In this document: piece by piece, positions 8,941 through 16,925 of the stretch | Position numbering within the stretch: the first letter of the stretch is position 1 | How the letters are laid out: every line of letters begins with the position of its first letter | Virus record (IMG/VR): IMGVR_UViG_3300037488_003116 | Reading direction: 5' to 3' (one strand) | DNA length: 20,000 nt | Source of the DNA: an uncultured virus (IMG/VR IMGVR_UViG_3300037488_003116) | Taxonomy: Duplodnaviria; Heunggongvirae; Uroviricota; Caudoviricetes | Translations under genes and position numbers: made by a program | The notes under the pieces: model-generated | The model's database searches: none | Told to the model about the DNA's origin: nothing | What the model saw: the letters and a program-made list of their open reading frames with translations, nothing else

Positions 8941-9198
8941 TTATTTTGAGATGTATGCACCGTCGCCACCGTTTTCACAACGTTGTGTGGCGTTATTATT
9001 GTCTTCTTGCATTCCGGCACTGTCGAGGACGGCTTTCCGCTTGACAGCACCTTTATAGGCTTTTTCGAACTGGGCATCGGTCATGCAAGTTATATCGGTC
9101 CAATGAAAGTTAATGTCCTCATAGACGAACTGTTGTCCGTCATATCTCAGGCCCAGTTCACAGAGTTTAGCAGTTCTGGCTTCGGTCTTGGGGTCCAT
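8941..9198 (-). CDS. Hypothetical protein
   Basis: AAGGAGG SD. Confidence 0.75.
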   Translation of the reverse strand: MDPKTEARTAKLCELGLRYDGQQFVYEDINFHWTDITCMTDAQFEKAYKGAVKRKAVLDSAGMQEDNNNATQRCENGGDGAYISK

Positions 9199-9216
9199 GC
9201 GTCCTCCTTCAGGTTT

Positions 9217-9426
9217 TTATTGTAGGATCTTGATTAATTTTTGCCTCGCCACAGTGCCAAGCAGTTCAGGAATATCCGCTAGGGCTTCTAGCTCACTCAC
9301 AAGGGCTAAGTGTCGCTTCTCAAGCCAAATGACGTATGTTGAGCTGAATGGATCCAAAGATGAATCCAAGAATGGATAGTCCTTGTAGAATTGTTCGTAT
9401 AGTTTATTCAATTCTGAGCTGGCCAC
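9217..9426 (-). CDS. Hypothetical protein
   Basis: GGAGGT SD + GTG 9426 (MASSELNKLY...). Confidence 0.65.
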   Translation of the reverse strand: MASSELNKLYEQFYKDYPFLDSSLDPFSSTYVIWLEKRHLALVSELEALADIPELLGTVARQKLIKILQ

Positions 9427-9772
9427 ATCGACCTCCGGTTTCGAAATCGAGATCCCGGGCTGCCTCGTCCAGGCTTCTTTCCGGTTCCTTCTTAAGGGCG
9501 TTATCAAAACGTGGTGGCCTGCAAAGCTCGGGCATGCTATTGCCTGTGACAGTAAAGTTAATCTTAATTTCTCCGCTCTGCTGCATAGCCTCTGTGAACG
9601 GGATGCCTTTTTTCTTTAGGGTGTGTTTACACCGTTCAGCGTGGTATAGGGCGGTGAGGGCAGGGCGGCGGCGTAGTAAGCCATGACCCTCAACGAGCCA
9701 ACGAAACAGAGCCCGGACGAACAGAACCGGGTTACTCATTCTTTTCAGTTCAATGGTTCCTTTATGACTCAT
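9404..9772 (-). CDS. DUF1257-like paralog lacking the central ~60 aa (possible pseudogene or assembly gap)
   Basis: N-terminal MSH..TI...NPVLFVRALFR and C-terminal ALYHAERCKHTLKKKGIPFTEA..SGEIKINF align by eye with the 871-1308 product; central GY/DIGW region absent. Confidence 0.6.
   Translation of the reverse strand: MSHKGTIELKRMSNPVLFVRALFRWLVEGHGLLRRRPALTALYHAERCKHTLKKKGIPFTEAMQQSGEIKINFTVTGNSMPELCRPPRFDNALKKEPERSLDEAARDLDFETGGRCGQLRIE
9665..9682. repeat. 18-bp repeat GCGGCGGCGTAGTAAGCC, copy 2
   Basis: Identical to 4243-4260. Confidence 0.9.
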
Positions 9773-9914
9773 ATAGTCTCCTCTGTTTGAGATACTCTTT
9801 GTGCGAACGCTTCACTTCGGATGTCCCGGCATGATACTCAGGGTGCCCGTTCCTGAGTAAGACAGAACCAGTGGCATGAGCTCCGTAGTATATCTTAGCG
9901 GGCACTATTTCATA
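9762..9914 (-). CDS. Small hypothetical protein (50 aa)
   Basis: MKIVPAKIYYGAHATGSVLLRNGHPEYH...RRLYES fills the gap; weak SD. Confidence 0.5.
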   Translation of the reverse strand, partial: YEIVPAKIYYGAHATGSVLLRNGHPEYHAGTSEVKRSHKEYLKQRRLYES

Positions 9915-9925
9915 ATGGGTGTCTT

Positions 9926-10246
9926 TCATTTACCCCTCCAGTTAATTCTTCGACTCTGTTTGGCTATTCTCTTCCTGAGTCGTCGGTGTTTGATCTTCTT
10001 CCATTCAGATTCTGTGTAGTTGGGTCTTCTCGATTGTGGATTCCCCAAATCCCAATAGCTTCTTTTAGGGGAGGTGCCCAAGAAGACGGGGGGTAGCAGG
10101 TCCTCTCCTTGGGATTGGAGGTACAGGGTCGGTGCCGCCGATCTGCATTGTAGTAGCATGTCATCTACGATGGACATAGTTTCCACCTTATGGGTATGGG
10201 AGATTAATATGGGCATCGGGCCTGACCCTATGACCATTATCTTCAT
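9926..10246 (-). CDS. Hypothetical protein with Arg/Lys-rich C-terminus
   Basis: ATGA overlap; ...RRLRKRIAKQSRRINWR. Confidence 0.65.
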   Translation of the reverse strand: MKIMVIGSGPMPILISHTHKVETMSIVDDMLLQCRSAAPTLYLQSQGEDLLPPVFLGTSPKRSYWDLGNPQSRRPNYTESEWKKIKHRRLRKRIAKQSRRINWRGK

Positions 10247-10581
10247 AGGTCAAAAAGATATGCTAACCATATCAGAACTACACTGTAGGGCCTGGGACCT
10301 ATGGACCAGTCTGAGACCCCACCGTTTAAACAGAGGCCTCGGTTTAGGCCTCGCGTCTCAAGGGGCTCAAGCAGAGTCGTCGCAGAGTACCGGGTAATGA
10401 ACTGACCATCAGGTGTGAACTTCGGACCTGCATATCGCAGGTCATAGAACTCCACAAGAGCCCTCTCATCTGAGGCCATGGAGTCCATGCCCGGGTAGTT
10501 CGGGTTTGGTACTCCTTTCGGAATGAACACAGCTCTGATCGGGCCAGCATGCCCCAAGACATCGATCTTATAAATGTTCAT
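10243..10581 (-). CDS. Phage-type hypothetical protein
   Basis: GGAGGG SD; VEFYD...GQFITRY...TLL...GLCLNGGV.DW pattern recalled from phage proteins. Confidence 0.8.
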   Translation of the reverse strand: MNIYKIDVLGHAGPIRAVFIPKGVPNPNYPGMDSMASDERALVEFYDLRYAGPKFTPDGQFITRYSATTLLEPLETRGLNRGLCLNGGVSDWSIGPRPYSVVLIWLAYLFDL

Positions 10582-10880
10582 AAGCCCTCCAGTTGTTCGA
10601 GATCAAAAGACTTCTGTTGAAACATGTCCAGCTCGTCCAGGAAATCCCGAGCCTCTTGCTCTTCGGGCCACATAGTCTTCAGGCCGAGCTTATTAAGGAG
10701 TGCCACGTATGTTGCCAGTTGTTCACCCCCTTTTTCTCGAAGCTTCTTTTCAGTCTCCATCATGGAAAAACGAAACGCATTGAACAGGGCTAAATCAGAA
10801 AGCTCTTTCTCAAGCGTTTTAATTCCTGCCGTTATCTTCTCATAGCGTTGAATTATGAACTCATTAAATTTCACTACCAT
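10578..10880 (-). CDS. Helical/coiled-coil hypothetical protein
   Basis: GGAGGG SD before ATG 10880. Confidence 0.75.
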   Translation of the reverse strand: MVVKFNEFIIQRYEKITAGIKTLEKELSDLALFNAFRFSMMETEKKLREKGGEQLATYVALLNKLGLKTMWPEEQEARDFLDELDMFQQKSFDLEQLEGL

Positions 10881-11334
10881 GATCACCCTCCGAGTTTAAG
10901 TCTTCCAGTTCTTCAATGGCCTCGGCCAGTACGTATTCCAATGCCGACAATTCATCCCGGTCCATAGCCTTACCCAGTTGATCCCGGGTCATGGCTATGT
11001 AGCTCTCCAGGTTGGCCTTCTTCTTTGCAATCTCCTGCACTGTCATGACACAGGATCTCGGGACTCTGATGCCATAGATGTTGGCATCCGAAAGAAGGAT
11101 GGACCAGTTCTGGATCGGTCCGTTCCCGATCCACTCGACTTTGCTCAGGTCGTCCACGACAAAATCATTCTGAGCAAGTTCTCCGACCGGGGTCCCGGCC
11201 TTAATTCTCAGCTCGTAAGGGGCAGGGAAGGCAGAGCTACTTGCCCTGAATTTGATGATAAGGTCGGTTGTAGTATGACCTCTGTCGGGGACTTCGATCC
11301 GTCTCGGTTCAGAATATACCAGTAATTCTCTCAC
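10864..11334 (-). CDS. Hypothetical protein
   Basis: AGGAGGAG SD + GTG. Confidence 0.8.
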   Translation of the reverse strand: MRELLVYSEPRRIEVPDRGHTTTDLIIKFRASSSAFPAPYELRIKAGTPVGELAQNDFVVDDLSKVEWIGNGPIQNWSILLSDANIYGIRVPRSCVMTVQEIAKKKANLESYIAMTRDQLGKAMDRDELSALEYVLAEAIEELEDLNSEGDHGSEI

Positions 11335-11344
11335 TGCTCCTCCT

Positions 11345-11632
11345 TTAGTTGAACTTTGGTTCGTAACCAGTAACGATAGGCTTCTGTTCGTATGTATGTT
11401 CTTCGAAACTACACTTCAAACATTTCCGTGTCCATCGCCTCTTCTGTACATCATGGAAGCTCGTCGGAGTCTCCCACGCATCGGAACCGTGTACTTCAAA
11501 TTTGTATCCTGAGGGCTCACGTATCGTCTCGGGATTGAAGAATGGCTTATCCCATGCATGGTTACAGTTACGCATACGTTCTTCATTCCTACGAATTTCT
11601 TCCTGCAACTGACGAATCTTTTCTGAACTCAT
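11345..11632 (-). CDS. Putative zinc-binding phage protein
   Basis: CNHAW ... WTRKCLKC; AAGGA SD. Confidence 0.75.
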   Translation of the reverse strand: MSSEKIRQLQEEIRRNEERMRNCNHAWDKPFFNPETIREPSGYKFEVHGSDAWETPTSFHDVQKRRWTRKCLKCSFEEHTYEQKPIVTGYEPKFN

Positions 11633-11645
11633 GGCTTTTCCTTTC

Positions 11646-11933
11646 TCATCCGTGGTCTACCTGACCACTGAAGTAGAAGTCGGTAGGGCCACTCGAAGAT
11701 AGAGCAGCCTCCGTGACAATCTCAATCTCTACCGGGACCTGGGCCCCGGGTACCCCACAGGGGCGGTCTTTATCAGCACAGCATATCGTGATTAGTTCCA
11801 CAGTCGCAGGCTGTGTCATTTCAATCCCCCGAAAGTGCATCGTTTTGGCGGAGGAATGTAAAGGGATGCTTGCTCTTAAGGGGCAGTCAATCTTCTGCCC
11901 TTCTTGGCTACAGAATACCAGGGATCGTTTCAT
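11646..11933 (-). CDS. Cys-containing hypothetical protein
   Basis: AAGGAGGT SD. Confidence 0.75.
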   Translation of the reverse strand: MKRSLVFCSQEGQKIDCPLRASIPLHSSAKTMHFRGIEMTQPATVELITICCADKDRPCGVPGAQVPVEIEIVTEAALSSSGPTDFYFSGQVDHG

Positions 11934-11944
11934 ACTAACCTCCT

Positions 11945-12409
11945 TTAATTTGCATTGGTGATAGTGGATTCAAGAAGAACGAACTGGTCCAGAGGTATGG
12001 GCTCACCCTCCGGCTTCATGATCACGGCATTGTTATAGTCGCTGTAATCGAAGATATAGTACGCACCCTTTCCGGCTTTCTCAACCTGCGACTCTATCCG
12101 ACGAGTCCCACCGTCAGTTACCTTGAGAGCAGGCCCGTTCCTTGACTGCCGAACGGCCACGTGGAATCGTTTGACCTCGACACTTCTCTGGACGCAGAAG
12201 TCTGAGAGCTTCTCGTATACCGCAATAGGGACATTGCCCATGTCCCAGCAAGGCTTAGGTGTCTCTGCCCCACCAAGAAATCGGGCCGGAGTCATGACTT
12301 CCTTACCAGGGTTTGAGAGGTTGACGGACCTCCATATCTTCACCCCCCGACCTGCTTCGATCCATGTGGTTATTTGGGTCACCGATGTCTGACTTATTTT
12401 GTATGCCAT
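11945..12409 (-). CDS. Hypothetical protein
   Basis: AGGT SD, tiling. Confidence 0.8.
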   Translation of the reverse strand: MAYKISQTSVTQITTWIEAGRGVKIWRSVNLSNPGKEVMTPARFLGGAETPKPCWDMGNVPIAVYEKLSDFCVQRSVEVKRFHVAVRQSRNGPALKVTDGGTRRIESQVEKAGKGAYYIFDYSDYNNAVIMKPEGEPIPLDQFVLLESTITNAN

Positions 12410-12410
12410 A

Positions 12411-12653
12411 CTACCTGCCTTCCGGAGGCATCACCATTATCTTCATGGATGATAATGCCATCTGATAAAACATGGGACTTTGAGTGTCCTCATGTGTGTT
12501 CCATCTGGCCCCTCCACACATTACAGCCATTGAATTTATCATGGGCTCGACCTGTGTAAGTAGGGCTTCCACTTCCGCTCTTTCCCTGTTAGGAATGTCT
12601 TCGTCTACCATGGCCATCTGAATTACTTTTTCTCTGACTGTTTTCTCGGGCAT
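12411..12653 (-). CDS. Hypothetical protein
   Basis: AAGGAG SD. Confidence 0.65.
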   Translation of the reverse strand: MPEKTVREKVIQMAMVDEDIPNRERAEVEALLTQVEPMINSMAVMCGGARWNTHEDTQSPMFYQMALSSMKIMVMPPEGR

Positions 12654-13150
12654 ACTTTCTCCTTGGTTATTTTTTTGATTTTGAAAATTGCAGTAATGAC
12701 GGGGCAGGAATATCCTGACGAAACATTGAATGTGTGTATGAATCTGACGTGATCAGGTAAAACGTCTCTCTTGAACGCAAATTTTCCAATTTCAAGAAGT
12801 CGCTGGGGAGATAGCACTTGCAGTTTAGTCGCCCATCCCTGGTCTCCTGTGCCAATTAAATCGCATAGCTTCTTATAATGCTCATAGTCCCATTCAGCGA
12901 GTCGATCAGAGTACTCACTTACACATTCGTGCGTCTTTGTGTTCATGACCTCGGGGAAGTCATCCGTTTCACATATTAACGCATCCTGACTGGCAGGATT
13001 AGAGCTACTGTATCTATATGTTTGTGGCCCAGCCTTCTCCAATCGAACCTCGTTGGCTCTTAGCTTTCGTGGAGGCTTTTCTCTCCTTTCTATATCCTCA
13101 AGAATTAGAATCTCTTCTTCATCCCAGCAGAAAAGTCTTCGTACAGGCAT
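12623..13150 (-). CDS. Hypothetical protein
   Basis: AAAGGAG SD; 175 aa. Confidence 0.8.
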   Translation of the reverse strand: MPVRRLFCWDEEEILILEDIERREKPPRKLRANEVRLEKAGPQTYRYSSSNPASQDALICETDDFPEVMNTKTHECVSEYSDRLAEWDYEHYKKLCDLIGTGDQGWATKLQVLSPQRLLEIGKFAFKRDVLPDHVRFIHTFNVSSGYSCPVITAIFKIKKITKEKVCPRKQSEKK

Positions 13151-13557
13151 CGTATCATCTCCTTTGTTAGTGCGCCAGTAGAACTATGTATCTCTTTTGA
13201 GAGGGAATGTCCACCTCTGTTATTATTTCAAGCCCAGCAGTACTCGATCGAAAGAAAAAGTTGTTCACACATATGAACTTACTCTTTTTAAATTGTTCAT
13301 TCAGATGAAACCACATATCAAGTATGCTGTGGTACGGGGATACACCTGATACACCCGGATATGAATAGGGGGCATGAATAGATCCCGTACCGGCGAGTTC
13401 TATTTGATGCCAGTATTTATCAATGCGGGGATCAGGGCTAAGAAAGCATACGCCATGTGAACCGTCTGACGTATACGCTTCAATCGCCGGAAGAACCCTG
13501 CGAGTTCTATCTATGAATTCTTCAAACGTCTCGACCATCGTATCATCTCCTTTGTTA
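13148..13557. repeat. 22-bp perfect direct repeat (13148-13169 and 13536-13557) bracketing one gene
   Basis: CATCGTATCATCTCCTTTGTTA twice; the minus strand reads TAA-CAAAGGAG-ATGATACG-ATG. Confidence 0.95.
13167..13538 (-). CDS. Hypothetical protein (123 aa)
   Basis: Start moved to ATG 13538 with AAAGGAG SD (MVETFEEFID...). Confidence 0.75.
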   Translation of the reverse strand: MVETFEEFIDRTRRVLPAIEAYTSDGSHGVCFLSPDPRIDKYWHQIELAGTGSIHAPYSYPGVSGVSPYHSILDMWFHLNEQFKKSKFICVNNFFFRSSTAGLEIITEVDIPSQKRYIVLLAH

Positions 13558-13578
13558 TTCGGTGAACCATATTGTTCC

Positions 13579-13815
13579 TTACCATCCCGTAGGTTGATAC
13601 TCGGGATGACCCGGCATATCTTCAATTTTTAGACGATCATTCAGATCTTTATAGCCTCCGGGAGCGCATTCAACTGCTCCTATTGAGCCTGAGTAAAGGT
13701 AATAGATTGCGAGGACATTCGGCTCATTTTCGTCCTTCCAGAAGACCCTTCCTTCCGTGCCGAGTGGCCAATCTGAATCGGCCTGTTTAACTGGTACCCA
13801 TTTTCGTTTGGTCAT
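13579..13815 (-). CDS. Hypothetical protein
   Basis: AAGGAG SD. Confidence 0.7.
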   Translation of the reverse strand: MTKRKWVPVKQADSDWPLGTEGRVFWKDENEPNVLAIYYLYSGSIGAVECAPGGYKDLNDRLKIEDMPGHPEYQPTGW

Positions 13816-13824
13816 GTTCGCTCC

Positions 13825-14070
13825 TTACTTGATTATGAATCTGTGACTGATGCCCTTTTTATCAGTGAATCCATACATCGTATGGGCATGATCGATCAGA
13901 TCCTTTGGATTATATTGTCGGTTCCCACGTACTGCAAAGTGCTTCCGGTAATACCCACCGGAGGGAATGTCGTCTGTCACGGGGACTTGCCGGACGAACT
14001 TACTCGCCTGATGCTTCTTAAAGACATTTGTTCGGTCAATGTGCACTGGTGCTCTCATAGTACAACTCAT
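13825..14070 (-). CDS. Basic hypothetical protein
   Basis: AGGAG SD. Confidence 0.7.
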   Translation of the reverse strand: MSCTMRAPVHIDRTNVFKKHQASKFVRQVPVTDDIPSGGYYRKHFAVRGNRQYNPKDLIDHAHTMYGFTDKKGISHRFIIK

Positions 14071-14105
14071 AGACGATTACTCCTGTTGGTTGTTAAAGCA
14101 AATGG

Positions 14106-14183
14106 TTAGAATGAACGTCGTCGGGATGTCTGGCTCGTGGCGCGAATGATTTTCTTATGAAGCTTCTTAAGGAATTTAAACAT
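14106..14183 (-). CDS. Basic 25-aa peptide MFKFLKKLHKKIIRATSQTSRRRSF
   Basis: CCCTAACTAAGGA leader/SD then ATG; fills the gap. Confidence 0.5.
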   Translation of the reverse strand: MFKFLKKLHKKIIRATSQTSRRRSF

Positions 14184-14203
14184 AAAGAGTCCTTAGTTAG
14201 GGT

Positions 14204-14247
14204 GAGAAGAAACCTGAGTGCCCCACTCAACGAATGGGCACTCAGGT
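14204..14247 (-). terminator. Probable intrinsic terminator
   Basis: 12-bp stem ACCTGAGTGCCC/GGGCACTCAGGT followed by TTCTTC on the minus strand. Confidence 0.55.
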
Positions 14248-14254
14248 ACGGTTG

Positions 14255-14455
14255 TCAGACTAAATAATCGGCATAATCGGCGAAGATCTCATCATCCTCT
14301 TCGAGTTCCGGCACTCCTAAGAGTGCCAGCAGTGTCGATCCACCCAGGGATCGGTGGGCATCTTCGTCACGGTCGCTTCCGAGGAACAGCTCCCAGTCTT
14401 GCTCTTGACTGGGGTCCGGCTTGATCATTTTCGGCATATAGTTAGGCTTGCGCAT
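14255..14455 (-). CDS. Small acidic hypothetical protein (66 aa)
   Basis: AAGGAG SD before ATG 14455; ...ELEEDDEIFADYADYLV. Confidence 0.7.
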   Translation of the reverse strand: MRKPNYMPKMIKPDPSQEQDWELFLGSDRDEDAHRSLGGSTLLALLGVPELEEDDEIFADYADYLV

Positions 14456-14483
14456 ACGAAACTCCTTCTGAAAAAATGTGGTA

Positions 14484-14514
14484 GGAAAGAAGGGAAGGGG
14501 TCTGTCCCCTCCCC
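14484..14514 (-). terminator. Probable intrinsic terminator
   Basis: GGGGAGGGG-acaga-CCCCTTCCC then TTCTTT just after the 14521 stop. Confidence 0.55.
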
Positions 14515-14520
14515 GTAACA

Positions 14521-15036
14521 TTACTTTATGATCACACCGTAGGCAGTGAGTACCGCCACGGCCTTGGTCACTACACGGGTCTTGGACTTCGGGTTGATGC
14601 CCAAGTCCTGACCGGTCAACTCTTTGACTCGGGCCAGGATCTGCGACGCCGACAGGCCCTGCAACGAGACCGTCTTGATCTCGATCACGGTCTTACCCGT
14701 AAGCAGATCGCAGGCATAACGATGAGCTTCTGGGCCTGCCCAGAAGAATTTGACTGCGGCCAGTAGCTTCTCCAAGGCTATCGGGTTCTGTCTCACCATC
14801 TGCCATACCCGGTACTTGGTCTGGTTGTAGATCGACCGGCCCAGGTTCTGCCTGAAGGCCTTGTCCCGGCCCTGGCCGGGAACGTTCTCGACGAGCGTCG
14901 AGTACACGACTGCATCGGCCGCGTCGATACGGGCTTTCACTGCCATGGCCTCTTCAGCCAGGGCGACTTCCCTGTTATGGGATTCGACAACGAGACGGGG
15001 AGCGGCTTTCACGAACGCATCACGCATTGTATTCAT
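14521..15036 (-). CDS. Hypothetical protein (171 aa)
   Basis: GGAGGT SD before ATG 15036 (MNTMRDAFVK...). Confidence 0.8.
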   Translation of the reverse strand: MNTMRDAFVKAAPRLVVESHNREVALAEEAMAVKARIDAADAVVYSTLVENVPGQGRDKAFRQNLGRSIYNQTKYRVWQMVRQNPIALEKLLAAVKFFWAGPEAHRYACDLLTGKTVIEIKTVSLQGLSASQILARVKELTGQDLGINPKSKTRVVTKAVAVLTAYGVIIK

Positions 15037-15175
15037 CTGATACCTCCATTTGGTTAGATGAATTAAAGAATTGGGAACTACGGGCTTACAACCGTCACCC
15101 CTTTCGTAGGGGTGGCCACATTGCAGGCCCATCAGGGCCTGAGTTCTGTGTTCGTCAGCGAAAGTAGCGCATCAA

Positions 15176-15193
15176 TTAGTTGCGAATAAACAT
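15176..15193 (-). CDS. Candidate micro-ORF MFIRN
   Basis: AACCCTATAACCACGGAGG-8 nt-ATG TTT ATT CGC AAC TAA. Confidence 0.45.
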   Translation of the reverse strand: MFIRN

Positions 15194-15267
15194 TCGGGGT
15201 GCCTCCGTGGTTATAGGGTTGCGGGGTTAAGATATAGGTGCTGAGATACCGGCAATTACATTACCCA

Positions 15268-15285
15268 TTAGCTCCGGGTAAGCAT
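15268..15285 (-). CDS. Candidate micro-ORF MLTRS
   Basis: AACCCTAACCACGGAGG-4 nt-ATG CTT ACC CGG AGC TAA. Confidence 0.45.
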   Translation of the reverse strand: MLTRS

Positions 15286-15336
15286 AGAGCCTCCGTGGTT
15301 AGGGTTAACCGTGCAGAGTGATGATGATGGGATTGA

Positions 15337-15654
15337 TTAAGGGAGAGAAGGAAAGTCACCGCCGATGACCCCGGTGATCCAGAGGCATTGGAGATGCTGA
15401 AGATTGATCTCCGGGATATCCACCACCACGGCAGAGATCCCGTACGCATTGGGGGAGGTCTTGCCCCAGTAGATCGGAGTGTCTTTGCCTGCCTCGGTGT
15501 CTACGAGATGGGCACATCCTGAAGACACCACCCGATCGGTTATGGTTGGAATATTGAGGACCTCATCCTCGATATCGTATTCCAAAGTGAAGACCACATC
15601 ATTGTCGAGATCAACTGAGTGAGAGGGCAGGGTCTCATAGACAATCTGAGGCAT
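15337..15654 (-). CDS. Acidic hypothetical protein
   Basis: AAAGGA SD; 105 aa. Confidence 0.8.
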   Translation of the reverse strand: MPQIVYETLPSHSVDLDNDVVFTLEYDIEDEVLNIPTITDRVVSSGCAHLVDTEAGKDTPIYWGKTSPNAYGISAVVVDIPEINLQHLQCLWITGVIGGDFPSLP

Positions 15655-15687
15655 AGTTTTCCTTTCGTTAGGGGTTCTGTTGGTTAG

Positions 15688-15867
15688 TTACACCTTCCTG
15701 TAGATATTGAAACCAATCTTGACCTCATCGGTGCCGGGCACCGTGATGTTACCTTCGGTCGACGAGATGACAACTGACTTGCCCGACGAGGACTTACCAA
15801 AGTCCTTGGTCAAGTCAACCGTGATCGTGAGGATTGGACCGTTCAGCTTGAACTCTACGTTCTTCAT
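15688..15867 (-). CDS. Small beta-rich protein (59 aa) of a conserved hypothetical family
   Basis: Not in track; AAGGAG SD; MKNVEFKLNGPILTITVDLTKDFGKSSSGKSVVISSTEGNITVPGTDEVKIGFNIYRKV. The G.SxSGK..IxST.GN motif is recalled from bacterial hypothetical proteins. Confidence 0.8.
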   Translation of the reverse strand: MKNVEFKLNGPILTITVDLTKDFGKSSSGKSVVISSTEGNITVPGTDEVKIGFNIYRKV

Positions 15868-15903
15868 ACAGACTCCTTGAAAAGGTTTATGGATTGTTAT
15901 TAA

Positions 15904-15958
15904 AGGGGACCCCCCATGACTCAGTCATGGGGACGCACCGGGCTTAACCCCTCCCGGT
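15904..15958. repeat. 55-bp double-hairpin direct repeat, copy 1
   Basis: 54/55 identical to 16871-16925. Confidence 0.97.
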
Positions 15959-16842
15959 TAGCTCTTTAAGCCGTGATCAAGTTCATCCATTTGAATAAAT
16001 GCGTACTTATTACGATATGCGTTGGCATACCGTTCTATGAACCCTTCTCGTTCTAATATCTGATTTTTCAAGGAATTAAAGAAATCTGAAAGGCGAGCGG
16101 TCTTTTTATTGTATCCGGGGTTATTAAAAATTCCTTTTCGTAGAAGGTTGTATTTATTTTGTTCTTCTAAAAGAATCTCCCTATGCTTTGATCTGATGTG
16201 CTCGGGGTGAAAATTGAATTCATAGCTGGCATAAGCAAGAGGAAAAGAAAATATGGGAAAAGAATCAATGCGTGTATCTATGCCTTCTTTGACGTCTCGA
16301 AAAGAATCTACATAACAAACTAATTCACCATCATATATACTCGTGACAATATTTATCTCATCATCTCCGTAGATAGCGGTACGTAATGCCAAACCCATAG
16401 TTTCAGTTGTTCTATGATAGGGTATCTTTATTGAATGGCTTGTATCATGGGACAGTTCGCCATTAACAAATATCAGATTGTCTTTGACGATGAATTCAAT
16501 TTCGATAGATCTATCGAGAATCGTTTCTAGACAAGGGCCATACCGTTTATCAAAGGCAGGAAAGAGACTTTTATTTACTAAAAGAGAATGGTTTAATATT
16601 TCTTCCATATTAAGGTCAACCCTTATTCCGAATGCGCATTTTTCATATTTGCTATCTCCTAATATTTCCAGTAGGACGAGAAAATTAAACGCCTTCCATA
16701 GAGCTATTATTCCGCAGGCAATAATTATAAATTTGTCGAGACCCTTATAGGCTCCTGTTACATGCAAGAAGATCATGACCATTATTCCTAAGATAAAGAA
16801 CAGGGGATAAGGTCTGAAATAACTTTTAATTTTTTCTTTCAT
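15958..16842 (-). CDS. AT-rich predicted membrane protein (294 aa, two N-terminal TM helices)
   Basis: AAAGGAG SD before ATG 16842; hydrophobic PLFFILGIMVMIFL and FIIIACGIIALWKAFNFLVLL; visibly lower GC than the flanks. Confidence 0.85.
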   Translation of the reverse strand: MKEKIKSYFRPYPLFFILGIMVMIFLHVTGAYKGLDKFIIIACGIIALWKAFNFLVLLEILGDSKYEKCAFGIRVDLNMEEILNHSLLVNKSLFPAFDKRYGPCLETILDRSIEIEFIVKDNLIFVNGELSHDTSHSIKIPYHRTTETMGLALRTAIYGDDEINIVTSIYDGELVCYVDSFRDVKEGIDTRIDSFPIFSFPLAYASYEFNFHPEHIRSKHREILLEEQNKYNLLRKGIFNNPGYNKKTARLSDFFNSLKNQILEREGFIERYANAYRNKYAFIQMDELDHGLKS

Positions 16843-16870
16843 ACACACTCCTTTGAATTGAATATTGTTT

Positions 16871-16925
16871 AGGGGACCCCCCATGACTGAGTCATGGGGA
16901 CGCACCGGGCTTAACCCCTCCCGGT
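16871..16925. repeat. 55-bp double-hairpin direct repeat, copy 2
   Basis: AGGGGACCCCCCATGACT(G/C)AGTCATGGGGACGCACCGGGCTTAACCCCTCCCGGT. Confidence 0.97.

Noticed and set aside
9835..9859. Hairpin TACTCAGG...CCTGAGTA resembling the 14213 stem
   Set aside because: Falls in a plausible 50-aa ORF, no U-tract; 7-bp similarity is likely chance
15100..15160. Hammerhead-like CTGATG/CTGACGA and CGAAA words (also CTGATGAG at about 17566)
   Set aside because: The core CUGANGA-stem II-GAAA arrangement is not satisfied
15904..16925. 55-bp repeats as CRISPR repeats, IS ends or canonical attC sites
   Set aside because: Only two direct copies 967 bp apart, no transposase or cas gene, no RYYYAAC...GTTRRRY boxes
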